Shown here in pieces: positions 26,132-35,416 of a stretch of 64,000 bases of DNA; position 1 is the first letter of the stretch; each line of letters opens with the position of its first letter. The notes under the pieces were generated by a model, which made no database searches, was not told the DNA's origin, and saw only the letters and a program-made list of their open reading frames with translations. The translations under genes and the position numbers were made by a program. Location: the IMG/VR virus record IMGVR_UViG_3300022602_000072; one strand, written 5' to 3'. The DNA is from an uncultured virus (IMG/VR IMGVR_UViG_3300022602_000072). Its lineage: Duplodnaviria; Heunggongvirae; Uroviricota; Caudoviricetes.

Positions 26132-26421
26132 CAACTACTAAGAAAAAAGAGCATCATAAGTCTGCTGCTTGGACTCGTAAAGAAGGTCAAAATCCTGAAG
26201 GTGGTCTAAATGCTAGGGGTCGTGCCTCTGCTAAAAAAGAAGGTCACAATCTAAAGCCGCCTGTTAAAAAGGAAGAGGCCGCTAAGTCTAAGAAGTCTGC
26301 CGCTCGTCGTAAATCTTTCTGTGCTCGTATGGAAGGCATGAAGAAGCACAATACCTCTTCAAAGACCGCTAAGGACCCAAATAGCCGCATTAATAAGTCA
26401 TTGAGGGCGTGGGACTGCTAA
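26128..26421 (+). CDS. Conserved basic phage protein (DUF6321-like)
   Basis: GGLNARGRAS...RRKSFCARM...DPNSRINKSLRAWDC motif recalled from aquatic phages. Confidence 0.6.
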   Translation: MTTTKKKEHHKSAAWTRKEGQNPEGGLNARGRASAKKEGHNLKPPVKKEEAAKSKKSAARRKSFCARMEGMKKHNTSSKTAKDPNSRINKSLRAWDC

Positions 26422-26585
26422 TGGCTGAGAAAAAAGTTTGGGATAAAAAAGATCCTGATGGTGGCAAGCATAAGAAGTTGTCATCAAAGAAGAAATCTGC
26501 CGCTAAAGCACGTGCTAAAGCTGCTGGACGTCCCTATCCTAATTTAATTGACAATATGGCCGTATCTAAGAAAAAGGGCAAGTAA
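26421..26585 (+). CDS. Small Lys-rich protein
   Basis: MAEKKVWDKK...GRPYPNLIDNM...; TAATG coupling at both ends. Confidence 0.7.
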   Translation: MAEKKVWDKKDPDGGKHKKLSSKKKSAAKARAKAAGRPYPNLIDNMAVSKKKGK

Positions 26586-27148
26586 TGGGACGCAATACTA
26601 ACGATTTTGAATTTGGTAAGTACACAGACCGTGATCGAGAAGAGCTGGATAGAATTGTTGACGCTACTATGTCACCAAATTATTACCAAAATAAGTCTGA
26701 AGTAGAAAAGACAATTCAAAACTCTAATTTAAGAACATTAGATAATATTTCAGACCACTTTAAAAAAGCAGGTACTTATACGCCTGAGATGGAGGCGTTA
26801 AAGAACGAGCATAAGACTAGGCTCCTAGTCCCTTCCGATCACCCAACTATAGCTGATGGTGCAATTTATGACGGTATTTTGCGAGGTCATGATCGCCATG
26901 GGGTGTCTAGAACTGAAGGTAGAGATTATCCAGATGGTTCAAAATATACGCCGGTTAAGTTGGACCACTCTGCATGCCCTTTTTGTGATCACGTAGAGTT
27001 ACAAAATAATGATTTTTATGAGCAACCCGAAATTCAAAAAACACTTCTTAGATCACAACAGTTTAGTGATCAATTTTTTGCTGGTTACGATAAAAAACCA
27101 GAGGATGATATAGATAGAGAATATCGAGGCTTAACAGATGGCAACTAA
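26585..27148 (+). CDS. Hypothetical protein
   Basis: 187-aa ORF. Confidence 0.65.
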   Translation: MGRNTNDFEFGKYTDRDREELDRIVDATMSPNYYQNKSEVEKTIQNSNLRTLDNISDHFKKAGTYTPEMEALKNEHKTRLLVPSDHPTIADGAIYDGILRGHDRHGVSRTEGRDYPDGSKYTPVKLDHSACPFCDHVELQNNDFYEQPEIQKTLLRSQQFSDQFFAGYDKKPEDDIDREYRGLTDGN

Positions 27149-27434
27149 GAAAAAAGAAGTAGCTGGCGGCAAAGAGTACAAAGGTTCAGCTGCTAACGGT
27201 GGTCGTAAGATCATTGTTGAGCACTACAAAGACTCTAAAGGTAAGTGGCACACTACTTCTAAGAATGCTGCTCGTGCTAAGTATGAGAAGAAGCATGGCA
27301 AGCTATCTAAGGGTACAGACGTGGATCACAAAGATAATAACCACGATAACGATTCTTCCAGCAACCTACGCCCACTCAAGCATGGCAAAAATACTGCCAA
27401 GGAGAATAAGCGCAGGGCCGGTAAGAAGTCTTAA
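27138..27434 (+). CDS. HNH-endonuclease-like small protein
   Basis: DVDHKDNN..ND...NLR......N motif. Confidence 0.7.
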   Translation: MATKKKEVAGGKEYKGSAANGGRKIIVEHYKDSKGKWHTTSKNAARAKYEKKHGKLSKGTDVDHKDNNHDNDSSSNLRPLKHGKNTAKENKRRAGKKS

Positions 27435-27952
27435 GCTGCCAAAAATTGAGGGCAGATCTTAATCCACATTTGAACTAGCTTGTGATCCCGCTCACCTGGG
27501 TCAGCGTGCCAAGGGGACCAGTTAGTACCCCCAGAACTCATCTTGTAGGCGATTTGAGCGTTCTTTACAGGGTTGGTGAGGTCTTGTGCCGACTTTAAGC
27601 CAAAGTCCTTTATACGGCCCTTCAGAGCCCCGTAAAGGTTAATCTGGAAGACCCCATAAGAGTTGTCTCCCGTTCGTGGGTTGAAATTATGGGCAAGAGG
27701 GTTGCCGTGGGTTTCTTTCATAGCTACAGCCCAAGCGACCTTAAGGGAATGGCCTTTAAACCCTACATGCTGTAAAAGTTGGTAGAGCTGCTTTGGGGTG
27801 AGCTTTTTAGCCACTTCAAGCTTTCCGACAGGTGTTAAGCACCTTTGTAGCATCGGGGCCGTGGCCTTGGCCGTAAACGTTATTAAATTTGAGATTGTTA
27901 AGAGGGCTGCGAGCCCAAGGATTATAAGTTTCCTTTTGTCATTCAGATTCAC
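27431..27952 (-). CDS. Exported lytic transglycosylase / lysozyme-like protein
   Basis: N-terminal signal/TM segment; AVAMKET catalytic Glu, DNSYGVFQIN, NP..NA.IA, WSPW. Confidence 0.8.
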   Translation of the reverse strand: MNLNDKRKLIILGLAALLTISNLITFTAKATAPMLQRCLTPVGKLEVAKKLTPKQLYQLLQHVGFKGHSLKVAWAVAMKETHGNPLAHNFNPRTGDNSYGVFQINLYGALKGRIKDFGLKSAQDLTNPVKNAQIAYKMSSGGTNWSPWHADPGERDHKLVQMWIKICPQFLAA

Positions 27953-28092
27953 ACTATCTCCTAGGCTAGAGAGCCAACCCGAACTATTGACCTACTGTCA
28001 CTAGGTCCTCAGCAGTTCGGTCTCTTTCTACCGAACAAGTTGTAACTCTTTTGTTTCGTTGTTAGTGTCGGAGGGTTTAATCTCCTGCCTCC

Positions 28093-28121
28093 AGTATAGC
28101 CGTAAATACAGTGTCGTGCAA
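28093..28121 (-). promoter_or_regulatory. SigA-type promoter for the transglycosylase
   Basis: TTGCAC-N17-TATACT on minus strand. Confidence 0.7.
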
Positions 28122-28171
28122 ACCTCTAACATGGTGTAATATTAGTCACTATACAGAGAAAAGGGCAAAAT

Positions 28172-28441
28172 ATGACAATTGAGCGTATAGAGACCAAACA
28201 AGGTCATCCTGTTCCACGTTCATCGCAAGCTGCCAAGGGACCATTCCCACCAGAAATTTTTATGCGCCCAGAGGTAGTTCATGAGTACTTTAGGCCTGGA
28301 CAAGACGATGTTGTTGAAGGAGCTACTGCTCAGAACAACTTTAATCCACCAAAAGTATTTAAATGCCGGGATTGCTCAGCTTTGGTTCTGGAACATGAGA
28401 TTCCTACCCACATGTGCGAAAGATTAGGCGACAATGGCTAG
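28172..28441 (+). CDS. Hypothetical protein with C2HC zinc finger
   Basis: CRDC...H.C. Confidence 0.65.
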   Translation: MTIERIETKQGHPVPRSSQAAKGPFPPEIFMRPEVVHEYFRPGQDDVVEGATAQNNFNPPKVFKCRDCSALVLEHEIPTHMCERLGDNG

Positions 28442-28724
28442 AACGCACGATATGGGCAAAAAGTACTTTTGGCATGCTATGGTTTATCCTATAAAGCCTA
28501 AAGTAATTATTGAGCGCTCTAATACACAAGAAATCGAAGAGCCCTTTAGGTATGGCAGTGGCCTGGTATTTAGGTTGCCGTTTACCCGATTATCTATTGT
28601 CGTAGGTAAGTGGGTAGCACAATATGATGAAAGCCAAGCATTGACCAATGCAATTGCAGGTAGGGCAGTGGCTGAAGGCGAATTTGATTGGGATATAGTA
28701 CGAGGGGAAGAATACGATGTTTAA
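28434..28724 (+). CDS. Hypothetical protein
   Basis: ORF upstream of terminase. Confidence 0.7.
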   Translation: MARTHDMGKKYFWHAMVYPIKPKVIIERSNTQEIEEPFRYGSGLVFRLPFTRLSIVVGKWVAQYDESQALTNAIAGRAVAEGEFDWDIVRGEEYDV

Positions 28725-28944
28725 GAAAAAAGAAGAACGAGTTAAGAGCCGCATTGAAAAAAGAGTGGCTAAGCTTTCTACAGCAGAGCTGCTTACCTGG
28801 TCTGACCAAGTCTTGTATTCAATTGGCCGTAACTTATCTAGCTGGCAGAAAACAGAAGATAATTTTAATCTAGAAGAGGCACGAGTTGGCGCAGAATCTA
28901 TCTATGCCATTCTAACTACGCTTAAAGAAAGATACCCTGAGTGA
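28717..28944 (+). CDS. Hypothetical protein
   Basis: ORF coupled to terminase. Confidence 0.7.
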   Translation: MFKKKEERVKSRIEKRVAKLSTAELLTWSDQVLYSIGRNLSSWQKTEDNFNLEEARVGAESIYAILTTLKERYPE

Positions 28945-30524
28945 ACGAACACGAGTTTGAAGAGGTAGATCTTGAGGCAGTGGAGGATGAATCCTTCAAT
29001 CCTATTCCTGAAGATGAGGAAGAGGACACTCTAGACGAACTCTCCAAAGAATTTGTTAAGATCTTGATCACTAAGATCATGGCCTTCATGGAGATGCTTG
29101 TAGGACATAAGCTTCACCCGTACCAGGAACCCTTGGCACGCCGTGTTATCGAATCAGTCATTATCAATGATGGCGAAGAAATCACCGCCCTCGCATCACG
29201 TCAGTCAGGAAAGTCAGAAACCATCGCTAATACAGTGGCCACACTGATGGTTATCCTTCCACGACTAGCTAAGATCTATCCAGAGCTTTTAGGTAAGTTT
29301 GGTGATGGAATTTGGGTGGGAATGTTTGCTCCTACTCAAAACCAGGTAGAAACTCTATACTCCCGTACAGTGTCCCGCCTTACCTCTGAAAGAGCTATGG
29401 AAGTCTTTGGTGACCCTGAAATTGATGATATTCCTACTAAGACTCCTGGCGTTGTAAGAAACTTAAAGCTAAAGAAGTCTGGAAGCACCATCATGATGAT
29501 GACAGCTAACCCAAGAGCTAAAATTGAGTCTAAGTCTTTCCACCTTATTATTGTTGATGAGTGTCAAGAAGCAGATGACTTTGTGGTATCAAAGTCTATT
29601 GCGCCTATGGGTGCGTACTATAACGCCACCATGGTTAAAACAGGCACTCCTACAACCCACAAGAATGGTTTCTATCGTTCTATTCAACTTAATAAGCGCC
29701 GTCAAACACAGAACTCTAAGGCTAAGCAGAATCATTTCCAGTGGGACTGGAAAGATGTGGCTAAGATTCAGCCTAACTATGAAAAGTTTATTAAGAAAGA
29801 GATGCTTCGTATTGGCGAGGACTCTGATGAGTTCCAGCTATCCTATAACTGCAAGTGGCTACTTGAGCGAGGTATGTTCGTAACATCCAACATTATGGAT
29901 GATCTTGGAGATACTTCACAAGAAATAGTTAAATCTTGGCACCGCTCTCCTGTTGTGGTTGGAATTGACCCGGCCCGTAAGATGGACAGCACAGTGGTCA
30001 CAGTAGTTTGGGTAGACTGGGATCGTCCAGATGAGTATGGATACTATGATCATAGGGTGCTCAACTGGCTGGAGCTTCAAGGAGATGACTGGGAAGAACA
30101 ATATTTCCAAATCCAGCAGTTCCTTGGAAACTATGATGTACTTGCTATCGGAGTAGATGCTAATGGTGTAGGTGATGCAGTGGCCGGACGTCTAAAGATT
30201 CTTATGCCTAGAGCAGAAGTGGTGCCAGTTACTTCCAGCCCTACTGAGCAGTCAAAGCGGTGGAAGCACCTTCAGGCCCTGATTCAACGTCAGATGGTCT
30301 CTTGGCCTGCCCACGCTAAAACCCGTCGCCTTCGTATCTGGAAGAAGTTTTACCAACAGATGACAGATGCTGAAGTTCAGTATAAGGGGCCTAACTTTTT
30401 AGTGGCTGCGCCGGATGAAGTCCACGCCCACGACGATTTTGTGGACTCTTTGGCCCTTGCCTGCTCCCTGACCCAAGAAATGGTTATGCCTACCGTAGAG
30501 GTAAGCTCCAATCCTTTCTTTTAA
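28941..30524 (+). CDS. terL: Terminase large subunit
   Basis: Walker A SRQSGKS, Walker B IIVDE, GTPT coupling motif, nuclease GID and HDDFVDS. Confidence 0.93.
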   Translation: MNEHEFEEVDLEAVEDESFNPIPEDEEEDTLDELSKEFVKILITKIMAFMEMLVGHKLHPYQEPLARRVIESVIINDGEEITALASRQSGKSETIANTVATLMVILPRLAKIYPELLGKFGDGIWVGMFAPTQNQVETLYSRTVSRLTSERAMEVFGDPEIDDIPTKTPGVVRNLKLKKSGSTIMMMTANPRAKIESKSFHLIIVDECQEADDFVVSKSIAPMGAYYNATMVKTGTPTTHKNGFYRSIQLNKRRQTQNSKAKQNHFQWDWKDVAKIQPNYEKFIKKEMLRIGEDSDEFQLSYNCKWLLERGMFVTSNIMDDLGDTSQEIVKSWHRSPVVVGIDPARKMDSTVVTVVWVDWDRPDEYGYYDHRVLNWLELQGDDWEEQYFQIQQFLGNYDVLAIGVDANGVGDAVAGRLKILMPRAEVVPVTSSPTEQSKRWKHLQALIQRQMVSWPAHAKTRRLRIWKKFYQQMTDAEVQYKGPNFLVAAPDEVHAHDDFVDSLALACSLTQEMVMPTVEVSSNPFF

Positions 30525-30603
30525 TTTACTATGACAAAACACCTACTACAAGACAGAATTAACCCTGAGGAACCTCAATCCCTTATCCTATAGGAGATAA
30601 ACA

Positions 30604-31011
30604 ATGGCAACACCAAATATCGCACCAACTCCACAGTACCCAGAGCGTCCAGGAAACGTATACGAGCGCAAGTTCTCTCCTGCAACTTCAGGTCTCCGTG
30701 GCCCACTTCGTTTTGAAGAAGGTATCGCTACAGACACCGACGTTCCAAATGATTTCCAAGTTGGCTTGGATCAAGGTTACGAGACTCCAGATGGACGTCC
30801 TAACCACAACAACAACGTCTTTGAAAAGTATGCTGATGAGACAATGCGTGAACGTGCTCACGTGGGTTCAGCTGCTTGGGTCGAAGCTCCAACATTCCTT
30901 GGCGAGTTTGCTCAGGGTAACTTCGGAGACCACTCAACAGTTGTAATCGAAGAAGTTGTACGCAACGGTTCACGCCAGGAGCGTTTGAACCCTGCATCAG
31001 TAAACGACTAA
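30604..31011 (+). CDS. Conserved hypothetical (probable virion) protein between terL and portal
   Basis: AGGAG RBS; GPLRFEEG.ATDTDVP.DF. Confidence 0.65.
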   Translation: MATPNIAPTPQYPERPGNVYERKFSPATSGLRGPLRFEEGIATDTDVPNDFQVGLDQGYETPDGRPNHNNNVFEKYADETMRERAHVGSAAWVEAPTFLGEFAQGNFGDHSTVVIEEVVRNGSRQERLNPASVND

Positions 31012-31035
31012 AGTACGATAGACTATACCTGTTCC

Positions 31036-31064
31036 CAGCCCCGTTCCCTTTCTCCGGGGCTGGT
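31036..31064 (+). terminator. Hairpin, possible terminator
   Basis: CCAGCCCCG/CGGGGCTGG stem; weak T tract. Confidence 0.45.
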
Positions 31065-31123
31065 GAACCTTTAACATCAGAGACTGTGCATTCGGGGGCA
31101 AAACAAATGAATGGAATTAACCG

Positions 31124-32845
31124 ATGAGTGGTGGTATCGATTTTTCACCTCCCAGTTATAGGGCGGCGTCATCAGACTTAACCATCTCAATTTCACCTCT
31201 TGGTCTTGTAGAACTAGCAGATGAAGAGTTTGAAGTTCATGGTCCACGTTTAAATCGTTATTCTCTTAACTGGGCAATGTACTTAGGACATCACTGGTCC
31301 TATCGCCGTGAAATTGGCGAAGCACAGATGGTTTATAACTACTATCGTGCCTTTACAGATTTTATTACTAACTTTACATTTAGCCGTGGAGTTTCATTCC
31401 GCAGCCCAGTGGCTACAGAAGCAATCGTTCCAGATATCCTAAAGCGTGCTTGGGAGATTGATAATAACAAGCATGGCGTTCTATGGGAAATGGGACAGCA
31501 AGGCGGAGTATCTGGTGACTGCTTTGTTAAAGTAGCTTACGAAGAAGCATTTGAAGATTCTATTGGTCGCCCTCATCCAGGACGAGTTCGTATCCTTCCC
31601 CTGAACTCATCTTTCTGCTTCCCAGAGTTTCACCCACACGACCGCACACGTTTGATTCGTTTTAAGCTCAAGTACCGTTTCTGGGGCACATCTATCGAAG
31701 GTACTCGTCAGGTCTATACCTATACTGAAATCTTGACCGATGATCGCATCGAAGAATACATTAACGACGAGCTAATTGATTCACGCCCTAATCCAATCGG
31801 CGTAGTTCCTATCATTCATATTCCAAACGTCTTAGTTTCAGGATCTCCATGGGGCCTATCTGATTGCCACGACCTTATTGTCTTGAACCGTAACTATAAT
31901 GAAGTGGCTACTGATATTGCCGATATCGTCAACTATCACGCAGCCCCCGTTACAGTTATTATCGGAGCTAAGGCCTCAGCCCTTGAGAAGGGCCCTAAGA
32001 AGGTTTGGGGCGGTCTTCCAAAGGATGCTCGTGTTGAGAACCTAGAGGGCGGCGGAGCCGGTCTTGCAGGAGCTCTTGAGTATCTTAAGGTAGTTAAGAC
32101 TGCTATGCACGAAATGGTTGGTGTCCCAGAGACCGCTCTTGGACAAGTACAGCCTATTTCTAATACCTCAGGTGTTGCCCTCGCTATCCAGTATCAACCT
32201 CTGATGAATCGCTACCACCAGAAGATTGTGCAGTATAGCGAGGGTATTCGACGTATCAATGAATTAGTCCTCCTAACCCTTGCATTCAAGGAGCCAGAAG
32301 CATTTGTTTATAATCCAGATGTAAATGGACCTATTAAGGACCAGCAGCTCTTTGCCTTGGATCTTAATGATCCATTGACCTACGAGTCTGTAGTCCACTT
32401 CCCACCTCCACTACCTCTTGATAAGCTCATTACTTTGCAGGAAATCCAGGCCAAGATGCAGATGAATCTTGAATCCCGTGAAGGTGCTCTACGCCAGCTA
32501 GGCGAGGAGTTCCCAGATGAGAAGCTTGAAGAAATTCGTGCAGAGCTTATTGCTGATGCTAAAGCTGATGGCGCCCTAGCCCTCATAAAGCAACAGATCG
32601 CTTCAGCAATTACGTCATTAACTGGTATGATGCCGGATGGAACTCTTCCTCCTGGAGCCGCTCCAGCTGATGGAACAGGTCCTGGACCTCTAGGACAACC
32701 TGGAGTCATCACACCATTTGAAGAGCAAACCTTGGCTCAGATGCAAGCAGAGCTTGTAACAAAGGCCTATGGAACAAAGCTTCCTGGACGAGGCGTATCT
32801 AACGATCAGAAGGATAGCCCTAGCTCAGAAGAAAACGCTAAGTAA
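31124..32845 (+). CDS. Portal protein (SPP1 gp6-like)
   Basis: Position; G.VPIIHIPN...GLSD, TSGVAL motifs. Confidence 0.88.
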   Translation: MSGGIDFSPPSYRAASSDLTISISPLGLVELADEEFEVHGPRLNRYSLNWAMYLGHHWSYRREIGEAQMVYNYYRAFTDFITNFTFSRGVSFRSPVATEAIVPDILKRAWEIDNNKHGVLWEMGQQGGVSGDCFVKVAYEEAFEDSIGRPHPGRVRILPLNSSFCFPEFHPHDRTRLIRFKLKYRFWGTSIEGTRQVYTYTEILTDDRIEEYINDELIDSRPNPIGVVPIIHIPNVLVSGSPWGLSDCHDLIVLNRNYNEVATDIADIVNYHAAPVTVIIGAKASALEKGPKKVWGGLPKDARVENLEGGGAGLAGALEYLKVVKTAMHEMVGVPETALGQVQPISNTSGVALAIQYQPLMNRYHQKIVQYSEGIRRINELVLLTLAFKEPEAFVYNPDVNGPIKDQQLFALDLNDPLTYESVVHFPPPLPLDKLITLQEIQAKMQMNLESREGALRQLGEEFPDEKLEEIRAELIADAKADGALALIKQQIASAITSLTGMMPDGTLPPGAAPADGTGPGPLGQPGVITPFEEQTLAQMQAELVTKAYGTKLPGRGVSNDQKDSPSSEENAK

Positions 32846-32956
32846 TTTAGGCAGACAAACTAGTCATAGTTTGCGAGTCTATATACCACTAAACAAAACC
32901 CGCAGGTCATCGTGGCACTCATTCGGACAACGACCTCTCAAACCTAAGGAATAAGC

Positions 32957-33730
32957 ATGTCAGAAAACTCAACAGCAGTAGACAGTGCAGTGGCTCAAGA
33001 TGCGTTTGCATCTGAGGTAAACCAAACCGCACCTGTAGCCCAGCAGGCAGTGGCTGAAGATCAGTTCACTCAAGTTAAGGGATACACAGAGCAAGACTTG
33101 CAAAAAGTACGTGAGCAAGAAAAATCAAAACTGTACCCACAAATCGACTCTCTTAAAGAAGAACTTAATCTTCTTAAGAAGGATCGTGAAGAGCGCCTAT
33201 CAGAGGCTCGCCAGGCAGCAGAAGCTGCAGCAGAAGCAGAACGTAAGAGGCTTGAGGCCGATATGGACGTTCGAACACTCCTTGAAACAAAAGAAAAGGA
33301 ATGGGCTTCTAAGATTGAGGCGGAGCGCCTAGAGCGTGAACGTGCATTTGCTCTCCTTGAGCGTGAGCGTGAGTATGCTGAACTAACACAGTATCTCAAT
33401 CGCCGCATTAGTGAGGAGCAAGATAACATTGCACCAGAATTGATCGATATGGTCACTGGTAACAATGTAGAAGAGATAGAACAGAGTATTACCAGACTGA
33501 AGGATAAAACCTCAAAGCTTCTGGAATCGGCGCAGCAGGCTATTCAGGCTCAGCGTCGTGATATGACCGGTACAAGGACAACCTTGCCACCAACCTTGGA
33601 AAACAATTCGGACCAACAATCGTATACACCGGAGCAAATTGCTTCTATGTCGGTAGCTGATTACGCAAAAAACCGATCACGTCTGTTGGGTTCAGCAGCT
33701 AATGATCGTAACAAGGGAATCTTCGGGTAA
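32957..33730 (+). CDS. Capsid scaffolding protein
   Basis: Coiled-coil, acidic, directly upstream of the capsid gene. Confidence 0.8.
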   Translation: MSENSTAVDSAVAQDAFASEVNQTAPVAQQAVAEDQFTQVKGYTEQDLQKVREQEKSKLYPQIDSLKEELNLLKKDREERLSEARQAAEAAAEAERKRLEADMDVRTLLETKEKEWASKIEAERLERERAFALLEREREYAELTQYLNRRISEEQDNIAPELIDMVTGNNVEEIEQSITRLKDKTSKLLESAQQAIQAQRRDMTGTRTTLPPTLENNSDQQSYTPEQIASMSVADYAKNRSRLLGSAANDRNKGIFG

Positions 33731-33782
33731 GTCATTACCTTTTTACTAACCTAAACATATATGAATAAGGAGTAACACCGAC

Positions 33783-34859
33783 ATGGCATCAGCCGTAACA
33801 GGTACCGGCAATCTCGCCGCAGCACCTACAGCGTACTCTGGCGCTAACAGCCAGCTTACACAAGCAATTCAGACCATCTGGTCTAAGGAAATTCTATTCC
33901 AGTCAATGCCTATCTTGCGCTTCGAGCAGTTCGCAGTCAAGAAGACAGAACTTGGCGTAGCTCCTGGTCTCCAGATCAACTTCATGCGTTACAACAACCT
34001 CGGATTCGCTTCAACTCTCGTTGAAGGCGTCCGTATGTCAACCAACGCATTGACAGCACAGCAGTTCTCAATCACCGTTGCAGAGCAGGGATACGCAATC
34101 GCAGTATCTGAGCTTCTTCTCAACGCTTCTTTCGATGACGTTATGGCTTCTGCTTCACGTCTTCTTGGTCGCAACATGGCTCTCTATCTTGATGGCCAGG
34201 CTCGTGACACCCTTATGGCAGCATCTTCAGTCATCTATGGCGAAGATCGCTCTAACCTCTCAGCAGTTAACAACTGGTATGCATATGGCACAGAAGCAAC
34301 TTCTCGTGCAACCATGACCGGTGCATCATACCTCTCAACCCGTACCGTTAAGGACGCAGTTGAGACCCTCGCAACCAAGAACATCCCAAGGCTTGGCGAG
34401 ACCTACGTTGCATTCGTTCACCCACACCAGAGCCGTCGTCTTCGTGACCTCCCAGAGTTCATTGAAGTAACAAAGTATGCTGCTCCAGGTAACTTCATGC
34501 TCGGTGAGATCGGCCGTCTTTATGACACCGTCTTCATTGAGACCACCCAGATCACCAAGGTAACCAATGGTGCAGGTTCAGGATATACAACTGATACAGC
34601 TGTAGCTCCAGGATCAATCCAGTACCCAACAGGTGGAGGTTACACCACTCCAGTAACAGCTACAGGTAACGGTTCATCTGACCGCTACTCAGCTATCTTC
34701 ATTGGAGACAATGCATTCGGTCACGCTATCTCACTTCCAGTTGAGCTTCGTGACGGCGGTATTCTTGACTTCGGTCGTGAACACGCTCTTGCTTGGTACG
34801 CAATCTACGGTCTTGGTCTTATCACTGACCAGTCTGTAGTTATCGCAGAAACCAACTAA
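33783..34859 (+). CDS. Major capsid protein (HK97 fold, N4-gp56-like)
   Basis: 358 aa, YVAFVHP, GEIGRL...FIET, strong codon bias, position. Confidence 0.9.
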   Translation: MASAVTGTGNLAAAPTAYSGANSQLTQAIQTIWSKEILFQSMPILRFEQFAVKKTELGVAPGLQINFMRYNNLGFASTLVEGVRMSTNALTAQQFSITVAEQGYAIAVSELLLNASFDDVMASASRLLGRNMALYLDGQARDTLMAASSVIYGEDRSNLSAVNNWYAYGTEATSRATMTGASYLSTRTVKDAVETLATKNIPRLGETYVAFVHPHQSRRLRDLPEFIEVTKYAAPGNFMLGEIGRLYDTVFIETTQITKVTNGAGSGYTTDTAVAPGSIQYPTGGGYTTPVTATGNGSSDRYSAIFIGDNAFGHAISLPVELRDGGILDFGREHALAWYAIYGLGLITDQSVVIAETN

Positions 34860-34931
34860 TTTAATACCCGGGGGAGAGACCTTGAAGCCTCTCCCCCACC
34901 TTAAAATCAATCTAATAGGAGAATATACATC

Positions 34932-35300
34932 GTGGCAAAAGCAAAAGTAACTGACGTTACAGGACGTCAACGTGAAGCCCTTCTAGCAGCAAATGCTGAG
35001 GCACTAGCAGAACGAGCTAACGAAATTTCATTAGCTACCCAGACAAAAGCTCATAAAGATGAGACTGAAGTTGTGGACCTAACATCTAACCCAGAAGCAC
35101 CCACAGTTCTTGATGAAGTCGAGAGCGTCGGTGTAAGTCTTGCTGATGATCAGGTTGTTATCCGAGTGGCAGAAAACCTAGATATGGTCACAATTGGTTC
35201 TGGAAATCATTATTCTTTCCAAGCAGGTAAAAAGTACAAAGTTCCAAAGCATGTAGCGGCACACTTACAAGAAAAAGGTTATTTGTACGACCGCCTATAA
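34932..35300 (+). CDS. Hypothetical head-associated protein
   Basis: ORF after capsid with AGGAG RBS. Confidence 0.65.
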   Translation: MAKAKVTDVTGRQREALLAANAEALAERANEISLATQTKAHKDETEVVDLTSNPEAPTVLDEVESVGVSLADDQVVIRVAENLDMVTIGSGNHYSFQAGKKYKVPKHVAAHLQEKGYLYDRL

Positions 35301-35316
35301 GCCGCACCCCTAGATC

Positions 35317-35358
35317 GCCCTCACAGACAACCGCCCTCCTGTCTGTGGGGGCCCTTTT
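35317..35358 (+). terminator. Intrinsic terminator
   Basis: CCCTCACAGACA/TGTCTGTGGGGG stem followed by CCCTTTT. Confidence 0.6.
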
Positions 35359-35416
35359 ACCTTGACGAATCATCAACTTTGTTAGATGATTATCCTACTA
35401 CCGGTGTGGAGGATTT

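Noticed and set aside
27953..28087. c-di-AMP (ydaO) riboswitch call
   Set aside because: Consensus segments such as GCUGAAUC and GUCAGCUAAC not seen; kept only as an unassigned leader
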